Source: Lama guanicoe (Eukaryota). From it: a stretch of 64,000 bases of DNA. The position numbers and the translations under genes were made by a program. The stretch covers positions 13,158,879 through 13,222,878 of the forward strand of contig MU053881.1 of NCBI GenBank assembly GCA_013239625.1, given 5' to 3'. Positions 1 through 12,423 of this stretch are shown piece after piece. How positions within the stretch are numbered: the stretch's first letter is position 1; every line of letters begins with the position of its first letter. The notes below the pieces were generated by a model. It had not been told where the DNA came from. It was given only the letters and a program-made list of their open reading frames with translations, and did no database searches.

Positions 1-2959
1 CTTTCCTATGCTTGAGTTCCTGAAAAAACTTCAGAGTTAACCAATCCTTGCTATGGAGTAACTGCTTTCTTTTATGATTTGCAAAGAATAAGAAGGAAAA
101 AAAATACCCTTTAATTTGAGAGAGTTGTTCGCTAAGCACTATGGTTCACTCCGCATTGAGGCAACAACTCTTCAGGCAGCCAATCATGAGAGGTTTTCCA
201 AGGAGGATGTGATGTCAGCATTAATGAAATGATAGCCTACTTGGAATCTGATGTTTAAAAGGTGAGAAAACGGAAGTCCCTTTCCTCCCCTCTGTAGCCT
301 TCCCTGCAGGGAGGAAAATCTCTCTTTCTTTTCAAGCAGTTTATACAGGCTGTGCACTCTGTAGCATTTTGTGGCATTAATGTATAGTTCTTCCGCCCCA
401 ATAAATTCTGTAATAACACACAGAATTAGGTGGCATGCCAGTAGTAATGAGAAACTTCTGTAAAAACTTGTTCCCAAGCACAGAACAGTACAGAGTTGCA
501 AAGAGCTGCTCTCAGTTAGACACTCGTATCTCTGACCTTTTCTAAGGTGGGAAGATCTCTCGTTGATGTTTTAAGATTTGTGCTTTGCAAAAACAGAACA
601 TTCCTCTCTTTCCTTCTTTGCCACGTGTCAGCTTTAGTGGACAATTTGTAATCTACCACAGTGTCAAATTCATCAAGCTTCTGTGTAGGTCCTCTTTTGT
701 AGAAGAGACAAAAAAAAATGTGTTGTAACAAACATTCCCCATGTTCCCTCATAGTTCTCCTATACAGTCTGGCCATTGTTCTTGTTAGAAAAAACCCTGA
801 TAAGTAAAGAGTAGACTATAAATTAAAGCCCCTTTATATTCCTAGTTCTAAAATCATTCCTTTAAACCACTATCACCTTCGAGTAATTAAAAAATGTACT
901 AATAGGAAAAGAGACAGCATAAATGGTTAGAATATTTAGCATACTTAGAATGAGAAGCAATCTCAAGCATCATCCAGTCCACCTGTAACTGAAGCTCAGA
1001 GACTTAAAATCACACATCTCAGGGCACATAGTTAGTAGCGGATCTAAAATACACAATTTCAGTAGCTTGATTCTCAATCTTAAGTTTTCTGATAGTGACT
1101 TTCCACGAAAAGCACTGTGCCAGTTTGGGGGTAACACAGTAACTAAAACCATAGAAATATGAGGAATATGCAGTTTTAGGTATCAGCTTGTTCAGTTCTT
1201 TCATCTTAGAAGCCCCCAACCTTCCTCCTAGGGCACTGGGGGCTCAGTCCCTCCTCTGTCGTGGGACACCCTGTGTCGCACAGCCGAAGAGGGGCAGAGG
1301 GGGAGAGGGAGGCGGTTGGCTTTGGGGAGAATTAATTCTCTGCCTGCTGAGAGTCGGGCTTGGAGCAAGGCTATTCTGCAAGAGCTGCTGTCTCCTCCCC
1401 ATACGTCATGAGAAGGGAAGTCAGGGCAGTTCCTAGCATTGCTCCTTGAAGAGCTGCGGCAGGCTGTGGTGGAAAACAAACCCAGACAAGGGAAGGGAGG
1501 CCAACACACAGGCTCACCACACCGAGTCAGCCTTCCTCCAGGGAGAGGCCGACAGCGTCTGTCTGCCTCCAGGAGTGGAAGGACGCCACTCGCTGACAGC
1601 AGGTTGAATGACCCAGATGAGAATCTGAGCTGTCATCAACCTACCTCCTCACGGTGCCTCAGCCAGGGCGGAAAGCTCGGGAGAGCTAAGCAGAAGAGAT
1701 ACCTGGCTCGGCGTGGAGCCACGTTCTCTAATCCCCAGGGAAGGAAGGCCATTCAGGAAGTCGGACCAGCAGTTGTAAGAAAACGGTTTTCCCTTTTTCT
1801 GCTTAATTCTGAGGATCTAAACAGAGGCACGGTAAAGACTGAGATTATGTCTCATGTTTTCCATCTCTCTGGTCCTCTCTTGATGCCCTCTGTCCCGTGT
1901 GACCGAAGATCTCCCTTCCACCTGCCTCCTGACTCCACACAGGGCCTCTGTCTGACGTGCTTTCCCTGAGCAACGCTGTTCTCCACTCCTGTGTACGCGG
2001 TGAAAACAGTGAGGGCTTTGCGATCAAACGTGGATCTGCACCCTGATTCTAGCTCTTACCACATATATAACTTTTGGCAAGTTATTTAACCCTTTGGAAC
2101 ATATTTTTATCATATTTACACACTGTGGGTCATGTTCCCTTCCTTCTGGCTAATTTGGTAGGAAGAAGACGTGATAAACAGAGTGTCTTTCCTAGGAGTA
2201 GTGCGTTTCATAGGGGATTCCTGCAGACACAACGCTTTAACTCAGTGGACAAGACTTTTAATATTGGGACTTCTGGTGTCATGCCACCTGTGTGTCTAGA
2301 ATCATATCCAGAGCCACCAAAACCACACACTGAAAAGACTGTGTGATACACCATGAAGGCCAAACCTCAGTATTCTTCCAGTCTGGGGACGTGATCCAAT
2401 CCAGTGGTTGGATTACATGATGAATGGAGATACTGCCAAATCTGCGATCTTACAGAAACCTTGGGTTTGTTCACAAACTCGAAAGCAGACCATACAGGTG
2501 ATCAGAGAGCAAGGATACACTAAAACACCGCAATAAGAACCTAGAATAATCTGAAATTTTTTAGCCTAGTTTTAATTTGGGGGGGGGTAAAAATCCCCAA
2601 ATTACCCCAAATATCAAAGGTATAGGCAATAGTGAAGAGAGTTTTCATGCCAAAATAAATAACATTCATATTACAAATACATAGGTTTTTCAGTGTATGA
2701 TTTGATGACTTTGCTAAAAAAAAAAATCAATCCTTAACATGAATCCAGGAGCTCCAGGCAATCCTGGTCTCTTAATCTCCACTACTTATGTGTCTGTACT
2801 TACGACTTTTTTTCCTGTTACTGTTTCAGAGTGCCACTGTTGAATTCTAATGAGGTAGATTTGCAGGGGTAATTATATCTGGAAATTACAGTTACATCTC
2901 GAATTTTGGAACTGTGAATATAAAAATGTTCAGGAAGATCAGTTACTCCTGGGAATTAA

Positions 2960-3440
2960 ATAGATTTATAGCAGCCAGTGTTTACTGATCACCTGCTGTA
3001 AGCCACTCCCAGTGCTAAGAGCTAAAGACACAAGGGAAAACCAAAGAAGTCCCAGCTCAAAACGTGCTCCTCATGTGCTTCCGGTGAACAGGCAGTTGGT
3101 AGCACTCTCACCAGTGCCACGGAGGAGGAGCATAAAGGAAGAGGGTCACAAATGTTCTCAGAGGTGGCTTCATCTCAAGTGAGTGATGGACAGATGACAG
3201 CTGTCCAGTGGAGAACGCAGGAGGAACATTCCACGCAGGGGGAGAGGCAAGTACAGATTCCCTCAGGCCTGGGAGAGGCTGACATATCTGGGAAACCGCA
3301 GCACTGATTGTGACTGTGGTGCAGAGTCTAAGGATTGGGCGAAGGAGAAGGTGGGTATTGAGTTTCACGGATGCCGTGCTGCGGAAGTTGGAATCAGCCC
3401 TGAGAGCAATGGGAAGCATCCCCTAGGCTTCTGCCTCCCT
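2960..3440. mobile_element. L2 LINE remnant
   Basis: Decayed L2-like motifs: tttactgatcacctgctgtaagcc...agtgctaagagctaaagacac and ccctgagagcaatgggaagc. Confidence 0.6.
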
Positions 3441-6209
3441 TATCAGGCCGACTAGGAGATGCCCGGATGACATCTGCCTTTGTTTCAGCTTTATTTCAAG
3501 GTGTCAGGTGGAGACTCACGCTTGGTATAATCCTGTCCTCCGCCAGCAGAGGTTACGAGTGAATCAGCGCACTCACTAGTCTAAGACAGTGACGCTCTAG
3601 GCCTTTCCGGTCCTCAGGGATCAACTGGGGTCGGGGGCTAGATTGCACACCAGGAAAACCTCTGATTCTCCAGAAAGCCCTTCCTCATTTTCAGGGTGAA
3701 GTGCACCCCAGGGAGGACCGAGGTGCAGATCCCTCCTCGCCAGCCATACCCTCCGCAGCCGCATCAGCACTAGCCCCCTCCAGTCTGCCGCGTCCCATCT
3801 TAACACGCCCAGGTCTCTCCCCCTAATTACCTGAGGACTTAACTCCCGCTCACTGCCACCCTCTGACATCCCTGACACAGAGTCTCAGGTTTCAGTCACT
3901 GTGTGATCTCCACAGAACTCTCTCCTGTGGGCTCCCTGAATTCCTCCAGTCTGGTGTTGCAGCGATATTGATCCCAACACTGCTTCATCCACCCGCTTCT
4001 GCGACATGCTCAACGCCTCTTTCTAAAACACTAAGAACTGCAGCTTTTCCATAATCTCTGTTTTATGAATCTTGCTATGTGACTAACACCTCTTACTTGT
4101 TTCTGTTAACTCCCTCAGGTACTCTGGTCTCCAAAATCTTTTGACCCAACCGGGAGCTTTAATCCATGTTTTCTCTTAGCATTTTTACTCCCCCTCTCCC
4201 ATCAGTGTTCTCTCTCTCCTTACTCTGTGTAATTTCTTTGATTGATTGTTACACTCTTCTTTTTTTAATCTGTTTATATATAGAGAGGCTAACATTTGTA
4301 AATCTCAAACTCCCAAATGTACCCCTTCCCACTCCCTCTCCCCATTAACCATAGGTTGTTTACTGTGTCTGCGAGTTACAGCCACTCTCTTACCCCCCCT
4401 CCAGTCTACTGCCGCTCATCAGATCCCCTGACAAAACCACCACCCTGGCTGAGCCAGGTTTCCTTGTGCTCGATGCCCTGTCCCAGCCAAAGTGGCCTTC
4501 CTGCTATTTCCTAGACAGGCACCCTTTTGTCCTAGTAACTCCACAGTAATTGTCAGGTAGTGTCGAGAAACCTGGGAATCCTGACTCTCCAAAAATGGGT
4601 ACTGGACCCCAACAAACCTTCCATATCAGGCCTTGAAGTAGAGCTGCTCGTACATCTGCACTGAGGCTTTGCCACCCACAATGAGTCCGTGCCGCCCACA
4701 GTGTTGGTGAGAAATGGCTTAGTCACTTTGGACATCATGGATTATTTTATAACTTCCTAACTTCAAATGATCTGTGAAAAACAGACACTAACAACAGAAA
4801 GGATACAGGAGGAGACGGCGAGATAACAGAGAATATCCAGAGGGTTAAAAAGGATTCCCGCATCAAATACAGGTAGCTAAAAAACGCAGACTTTTTAGCA
4901 AATAAATATGAATTCTAGGAATTAAGAAAACAAACAATAGATTCCTTTAGTTGTTTCTTTACCAGAAAATGAAAGGCTCTGTCACCTCAGGATACAGCAT
5001 ATTTGCCCCAAAGTCTTATCTTTTCAGATTTAACGATTTGACCTGCTGAACACAGGGTACAGCTGAAAAGACAGCACGACCCAAGATGAGGAACCTTGCC
5101 TTCCATGCAGGTTTTCATACGCTTAGGTGAAAACATGGACACAGGTCCCTCCACTCCAAATGGAACAGAGAACAGTGTATCTTAGTTACTTCAAGACTGA
5201 TCTTACATTGAGGAACTTTTCCTTTTAGGTCATGTATGCGACCCTGTGAACATTTCTGCAGAGTTCTGTACGACTGCTACTGGGGATGTTTAAGAGGAAT
5301 TAGGAATGAAGGCGCGGGCCTCTACCATCGTGTGCCAGGTGGAAAATGAAGAAAAATAGCCAATTTGGGGGGTGTTAGGTATAGATTTTCAGTTTGGTTG
5401 GAGTGGAGGGGTGCTCATAGCCACTCCTGACGCCTCCTCCCCCGTGAAGGCGCTCTCCTAGAGCGACACTGTTAGCCTGTCTCCATCCTTAGTCCACCCC
5501 AGGGAAGATTACGTATGTGGCTGGGCAATGAATGAGCTGTAGATGGATAAACTGAACATTCATTGCCCAGTTCCCTCCTGTTTCTCATTCCTCTTGGGAG
5601 TGAGAGCCCCACAGGGCACACCTGTTCTACTCCGCCTTTCCAGGCACGGGTCATCTTAATTCTTCTGGGTGGATAATTCTAGTTCTAGGGTTTAACATAA
5701 AGTTCACTCTTTCACAGGTAGATACGAGATTTTTTTCAGTATCAGCTCTGCTGGTCACTTTCTACTTACTCATTTGTTTTCATTTGCCACTTGTTTTTGA
5801 ACACAAGAGACAAAAATGAGTTGTTAGTAATAAGACTCAGCACACAGTGTTCACAGTCGCTTGAATAAGCTTCGTCCTTCCTATGTCTGAGCCTTTACCG
5901 GAGCTGTTATCCTTTGCCTTAATGCTGCTTCTCTCTCTCCAGCCTCTCAGCATCTCACTCTGCAGTGAGTTCAAGAATTCTATCTTCCAGGGGGCCTTCT
6001 CTGGTTTATCCAACACCTCTGTGCCTAACTGGGCATGGCTTTAACTCTAGTTAGTCCTAATCTTAACTTGCTGCTTACTGCTACATTTTGCTCTTGTGGA
6101 CATAAGACACTCACTTTTCTCCTAGATTTTATGATGACCATTGTTTGAAGACATTGCTTGTATCGTGGGAATTATTTCGAATGTTTCACACACAAATAAA
6201 AGCATTAAC

Positions 6210-6440
6210 ACAGTGATGATGAGTGTATTCTTTGGAGCCAGACAAGCCCATTTTCAAGTCTTGGCTTTGCCACATTCTGCATGACCCCAGGCAAGGTTCT
6301 TAACCTGTCTAGGTCTCAGTTGCAGTGTGCAGAATAATAATAATTTAATTCCTCATAGTTACTGTAATGATTAAATGAGCAGTGCAGTGAAACACCTAGC
6401 TTAACTCTTAACACGTGGTCAATACTCAATAAATAGCTAC
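6210..6440. mobile_element. MIR SINE
   Basis: MIR core: tttggagccagac...gaccccaggcaaggttcttaacctgtctaggtctcagtt...gtggtcaatactcaataaat. Confidence 0.75.
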
Positions 6441-6589
6441 AGTTGGTCTTTATCAATGTGCCTTGTGCACGCGTAAACGCAGACACACACATCCATAAAT
6501 ATGTGCCTTTTCAGTTTCCATGCGACTCCCAAGACAGACTGAGCTAAACTAGATTGTCTACGTTTGTTTTGAAACTGCTGCATTACTCC

Positions 6590-7720
6590 TCACACAAAAA
6601 CAATTCCAGATGAATCATGGATACAAATATGAAAGGTCTGACAGTACAATGTGAGTTCCAGAGTAGAGTATAGGAAAATGGCTTCATGACATTGTGGTAG
6701 GCAGGTATTTCTTAAATAAGGTGCAAAACCACGACTGCTAAAAGTAAAAAAAAAAGACCGTTGCATTAAAGTTACAAACTTCTGTACATTAAAGGTCATC
6801 ATCAGAGAGAATGGGAGCCAGGGAACAGCAGAAGATATGCATCCGTCTATCAGAAGACCTGTATCCAAAATATGTAAAGAAATCCTGCAAACCAATAAGA
6901 AAAAGAAAGACAAAAAAGATGGACAGAGTCTTGAGCTGGCACTTCACAGGGACAAATAGGCAAATGACTAACAAGCATATGAAAAATTGCTCAACTTCAG
7001 TGGTCATCAGGGAAATAAAAGTTGAAATTACAATGAAATACCACCATTCATTCGTCAGAATGGCCAAATTTTTTAATTAAATTTAAAAGAGGACACTGCA
7101 AATTCCACTATTGGCTAAGATGGAGAGTACCTGAGACTTGTAGTGGGCGTATAAATTGATATTCACCTTGAGACACTAGCAGCCTCTACAAAAACTGAGT
7201 GTCTGCATCCTTTATGATCCAGAAGCCTCACTCACAGGTGTAAATCTGTAAGAAACGCCTAAGTGCACCAGGAGACGTGTGCATGAATGTGTACAGCAGC
7301 GTTATTTACAGCAGTCAGAACTGAAACCGCCAAAATGTTCGTCATGAACAGAATAAGTAAGCTGTGGTATATACATGAAATTGCATAACATAGATGAACT
7401 ATTACAAATGAACTATTGCTGCTCAAAATAACATGGACGGCTACACCAAATCTAAGATACCAGATAAAAAGGTATGCACCCTATGTAATCCCATTCCTGA
7501 AAATTTAAAAACTAGTCAAACTTAGCTAAGAAAATAAAAACCAGAATACCGATGGGGGTAGTGGTAAGTGGGTGTTGACTAAGAAGGTTTATTAAGTAAT
7601 AATATTCTACACTTTTATCTCGTTAGTGACAACATGGGTGTGTTTGCTTTGTTGAAAGTTCACTGAGCTGAACACACTGGTTTCTGCACTCTTCTCTGTG
7701 TTATTCTTCATTAAACAAAG
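6590..7720 (+). mobile_element. Old L1 (L1ME-like), ORF2 C-terminus plus 3'UTR, decayed
   Basis: ORF 6811-7080 (HFTGTNRQMTNKHMKNCSTSVVIREIKVEITMKYH) matches the L1 ORF2 C-terminal region. An L1 3'UTR-like sequence follows and ends in an A-rich tail. Confidence 0.85.
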
Positions 7721-9357
7721 CAAACTATTGCTGCAGCTCAAAAAGTCGTATTAAGCAAAGCTGTAGCCTGCAAGCGGCATCGAGAAAGATCTATGTAACT
7801 GCTACTTGGCTTCTCTGATTTATATTCCAAGAGGTCAATAAACTGGTGCATGCCATTCACTGAGGTCATTTTCATTTCATGGAATTTCACAGACCCCACA
7901 ATAAATTGTCAGTATTTTTTCTCAGTTTCAGCGGTGGGGCCCGTAATGCCACTAATCTAAATGAAACTTAAAGTATATGATGAATTGTGGTTGGGAAGAA
8001 GAGACAGACCCAACATACTTTGAAAGTCTTGGCATTAACGGTGAAAGTTTCATGAGTGACGCAGGCCCTGTGGCGAGGAGGACCCTGGACAGCACCACAG
8101 TCGAGGCACGCTGCCTCTAACCCGAGTTCTGACACTGTGACCCCCAGTGTCTTACAAGTGCCGTCTGGCTTCATTAGGCCCCAGCCTCCCATCTCTGCTG
8201 AACAACTGGGCTTCTGGTCTAAGAATTCAAAATATACATTATGACACGCTTGTGGGAGAACGTGAAGACAAAGACACATGAGCGACTCTGCGGATTATCT
8301 TTGGAATTTCTTTTAAAGGTTTCCTGCTTATACGTCTCAGCTCCTACTCGTCTGTATTTTGCTGTTCATGCCGTCGATCTCGGCGGAGTTTACAGCTTCA
8401 TCCTCTCAGCCTGTTTTGGTCTTAGCTTTGCCATTCATGTTGACATGACACCCACGGAGGTTACTCAAAACTTGTTCAGCACAGTTTCATTTTCTCGGGA
8501 CTAGTAAGTTCCGCTGGTGCAGCGTATGAGGGTGCTCACCAGGGTATCTAGTTCTTCCTGTCTGTCTGCACCTGTTTTCCTGAGAAAATGACCCAGTTCT
8601 GGAATGCGCCGAAGGTAGTCTTCTGTTACACAACATACGAAACACCGCGCACTACATTTTGCCCTCTGTATTATTCATTTAATCCAAGTCAGCTTTGAGG
8701 GACATATTATTTTCTTCATTTTATAGATGAAGGAATGTCCATTTAAAATAAATAACACAAGTGACTCACTAAACTGGTCAGTTGTGGGTTTGTGGTTTAA
8801 AGCTCAGTTTTTTCAATTACTGAGCCCATGTTTTTTGAAGAGCCGGGGCCAGTTGGAAGCTAATGATACTAAGGTACAAACTAATGTCTGCTTAGGTGCT
8901 TCCCTTTGGAATATTTAAATCTCCATGGTACTGTCTGACCATAGAGAGCCCTACATTACCAAGCGACTCTTAATATATCTGGTCAGATGTTGTATGAAAG
9001 AAACCATTACACTCCTGCCATTTCTAAAAAGAGAGCAAGAGTTTCCTTAGTATTCCTTGCTCTCTCTGGAGTAATTTTCTGAAGAAGGTTAATGCACTCT
9101 CCTCTTCTAAGAGCTGTTCCAAGACGTCCACTTAGAAAGCCCAGGTGGCAACCACTGGCAATAAGAAAGGTACAGCTAAACATGCCAGGGGACTCTTAAG
9201 AAGCACATCAAATACAACAGAAGGGACTTCAAATGATACCCCTGGAAGCAGGAATACAGAACGCATTACACAGCGTAATACAGGAGGAAGTCTGTTGGGC
9301 TGATACGGAATCACTTATGCAAGAGGAAATAAGAAGGCCACTTACACTCAGCATCTG

Positions 9358-9475
9358 AGGCAGCACTTCTCAAACTTCACTGTGTCTAAGTTTCACCTTG
9401 GGATCCTGTTGGAAATGCTGAATCTAAGGCCGTGCCTCTGGAGATTTTAATTCTGCAGACACGGGGCAGAGTGGG
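9358..9475. mobile_element. MER5-like hAT-Charlie DNA transposon fragment
   Basis: cagcacttctcaaactt...tcaccttgggatcctgttggaaatgctgaatct...gagattttaattc. Confidence 0.65.
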
Positions 9476-10109
9476 GGCGGAAAGGAAATCTGTCGTTGAC
9501 AGAGTAGCGGGAGTGATGCCGGAGCACCCGTAGTGTATGGTGAGGAACCGTCCTCCCACACATCAAAGGGTAGAGGGCTGACTAACAGCAGTGTGGGCCA
9601 CAGCAACAGCTGAGTGATTCCAGCCCTCCCTCTTTCGTTGCCATAAAGGGGAGAAAGAGTCATCTGTCTCTGTAAGTCATTTTAACACCTGGCCTGAGTG
9701 CTAACACAGTCATCTGGATCAATGGCAGAGATTTAAGTCAAGGCTTAATTCTTTATCCCCCACCTCTTTGGGAATAGATGTGTTTTGAATCAATATTCTG
9801 AAAATACTTCACAAAAGTAATGCTACGCACTTGACACGGTTACGGAGCAAACAATTCAGAGGTCTGGAGCAGTAACCACAATCAGACGTGTTTATGTTTC
9901 TGCAGGGAAACATATAGATGCGCGTACTTTATCTGAGATGAAGTCTGTGACAGGCTTCATGTCCTTTCAGGTCAGTTTCTTTCTGTCAAGTGAGTTTGAG
10001 ATTAAGTCATGTTATTTTTATGATCATGAAAAAACCTTAATTTTCAAATGGACACTGTAATGAGATCAAATTCTGTGGATGAGTTACTGTGGACTTTAAA
10101 AGCTCTATT

Positions 10110-10425
10110 TTATTGAATACTTAATATCTGTCTGGCATGTATTTAGTGTTTTACATACGATTTTTTTGGTCATTGTTGTTGTTTTCACAATATGTCTGTG
10201 AAAAATGTCTTATCCATCTTATTGTAAAGATGACCAAATTGAGGCCCAAAGGGTTAGTAATTTGCTCAAAGACAGGCTAGTCATACATACCAGAAACTGA
10301 CACATTTGTAACTGACTATACTTCAATAAAAAAATAATTTAAAAAAATTTTTTTAATAAATTAAAAAAAAAAAAAGGCTAGTGAGTGGCAGAGCCAGGAT
10401 GAGAACACGGCTGATCTGACTTTAC
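10110..10425. mobile_element. MIR interrupted by a roughly 93-bp L1 3'-end insertion (10282-10374)
   Basis: MIR core (aaattgaggcccaaagggttagtaatttgctcaaag ... gagtggcagagccaggat) is split by accagaaactgacac...actgactatacttcaataaa plus an A-tail. TSD aggctagt at 10274-10281 and 10375-10382. Confidence 0.85.
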
Positions 10426-11179
10426 TGATGACAGACTTTATACCATGGTATGCTCCTATGCCCAATAGTCCCCTCTTCACAATGAAATCAAGAAAAAAAA
10501 AAAGTGCTTCAGTGGTAATAATAAATACAACTTCAAAACCTCTTTTCATTAATTGCTAAAATGTTTCACTCAGTGTGTGTCACGCTTTCGTATAGCTGAC
10601 CGTGCAGAACACGGATACTCCCAGTCCCCTCTCCGTCTGGACCGCGGTGGAAAACCACGCCTCCATCGCCTGGGAAGCCAGACGTAGTCGTGGGACCGCT
10701 ACGGCAGCCTAACCTCACAGGATCGACACAGCACTCGTAATCTCCCGTTACCCCGCTTCCTTGCTTTGCATCTGCATTACTGGTTTCAGTTTCTCTTCCT
10801 CACTCTATAAACTGACCAGAGTAAACATCACTGAATAACATTGTATAATAATTTTGCTATTGACAATTCCACTGGTTCCTACCCTTGGCCATTTTTACCA
10901 ACAAAATATTGTTAAAGGAAGGCAAGAAAATACATTTCTGCTTAAAGTCTGACACCAAAGATTGCTCTTGATATTCGATAAGAAATGCTAAATTTTATGT
11001 CAGCATATTTTAAAACTGCTGTTTCTTCTTATTTTTCTTATTACCAGTATTTTATTTTAATATTTTCTAGGCTTCAGAAAAAGAGCACCATTGTATCACA
11101 TCGTTAAGAGGTCATTTACTCAAGAGTCCCTCCCCTCTTTTTTGACCAAAGTACACCAATGTCCTTTGCGAATTTATTC

Positions 11180-11630
11180 TCTTTTCTCAGCCATTGGATT
11201 TGGGTGGTACACATCCCACTCCAGATCCTAGGGTGGGGATTAATGTGGGGATCCTATTCCCGTGCCTGCAGAGTTTAGTTTAAGGATGTGAACCTGACCC
11301 AGTTTAAAGCCAACAGAAGAGAAATTACCGGGAACTCCAAGAAGAGAGTCTGCCTGTGACAGCAAGGGGGGAAGATATGGCTCCTGGCCTCACTGTAGCT
11401 GTTTCACTACAACAAAGTGAGAAGCTGGCTCTCCATGGTGGTGGTGTAGAGAGTCTGAGCATGACACCCACACCATGGATAAAAGATGGAGGACATGGAG
11501 AGAAGCCAGATCTTTGATAAGCATTTTTTGACTTACTGAGGCTGATATCCATGACTTATGCATAATCCCGTCTGACACATATTTTGCTTCTAAAAGTAAA
11601 TTTGTCTTAGACTGCACTGAGACAAAATGA
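11180..11630. mobile_element. MaLR (MLT1-like) solo LTR remnant
   Basis: catcccactccagatcctagggtgggg...aaggatgtgaacctgacccagttt...ccagatctttgataagcatt resembles MLT1K/L. Confidence 0.55.
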
Positions 11631-12395
11631 ATATAAGTATTTTGTCAAAACTTGGAAAATGTGGGCTTTGTTTTCTTGAGTAGAACCAGTGACCAAGCAG
11701 GCTTTAGAAATTCCCCAAGAATGCCCTGAGCTTCCACCACGTGGCCACTCAAAACTGTGCCACGAGGGGAGTCATTTAATACATTTGTGTTTTCAGTGGA
11801 TTTACAGCCCATTTGGGGAGGCAAGAAACATATGTGCGGTAATTAAAGAAACACAAAGTGCTCAGCTGCCTGGTGGTGAATCGGCAGTACAAGAAAAACC
11901 CTGAAGACAGCAATATGTGGAAATGGTTAGGGAAAAGGTCCCACACCCAGTGTTACTAGATCTTGGGTTTGACGGCTGTGTGTGATTTAGCCGTGGAGAA
12001 AAAGACTTGAGTACTTCAAAGAGGGGGAACAGAAATAATGGCAGAGAAACTGCCACCACTCCATCACTTACTCTGTCAGCTAAGGGGCACTGTGTAGCTA
12101 CAGTGTGTCCTACAGCGTGTCTCTGTGCATCTCATGATAATCCTGTGATGCAGACAATATTAACTCCATTTTATAGAAGTGTCCAGTTTAGTTTGGGTTT
12201 GGTTTGGTTTGATTCACTTCTTACAGGTGTAACCTTGCAGCAGAGGTCTAACTCTTAGAGTTATGAGGACACAGGATCTATAAATTGCACTTAAAGAGTC
12301 AACTTCCTCCTTAATTTCAACCAATACAACTTCCTTTTAACTCTGAACAATTCAAAATTACCTCAAAATATATACTCTATCAGATTTTAAAAGAA

Positions 12396-12423
12396 GTGTG
12401 TGTGTGTGTGTGTGTGTGTGTGT
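12396..12423. repeat. (GT)n microsatellite
   Basis: About 14 GT units, seen directly. Confidence 0.95.

Noticed and set aside
1439..1969. 176-aa plus-strand ORF
   Set aside because: Starts at TTG, no recognisable homology, antisense within an intron.
8077..8096. RE1-like GGAGGACCCTGGACAGCACC
   Set aside because: Right half-site matches but the left half has three mismatches in conserved positions.
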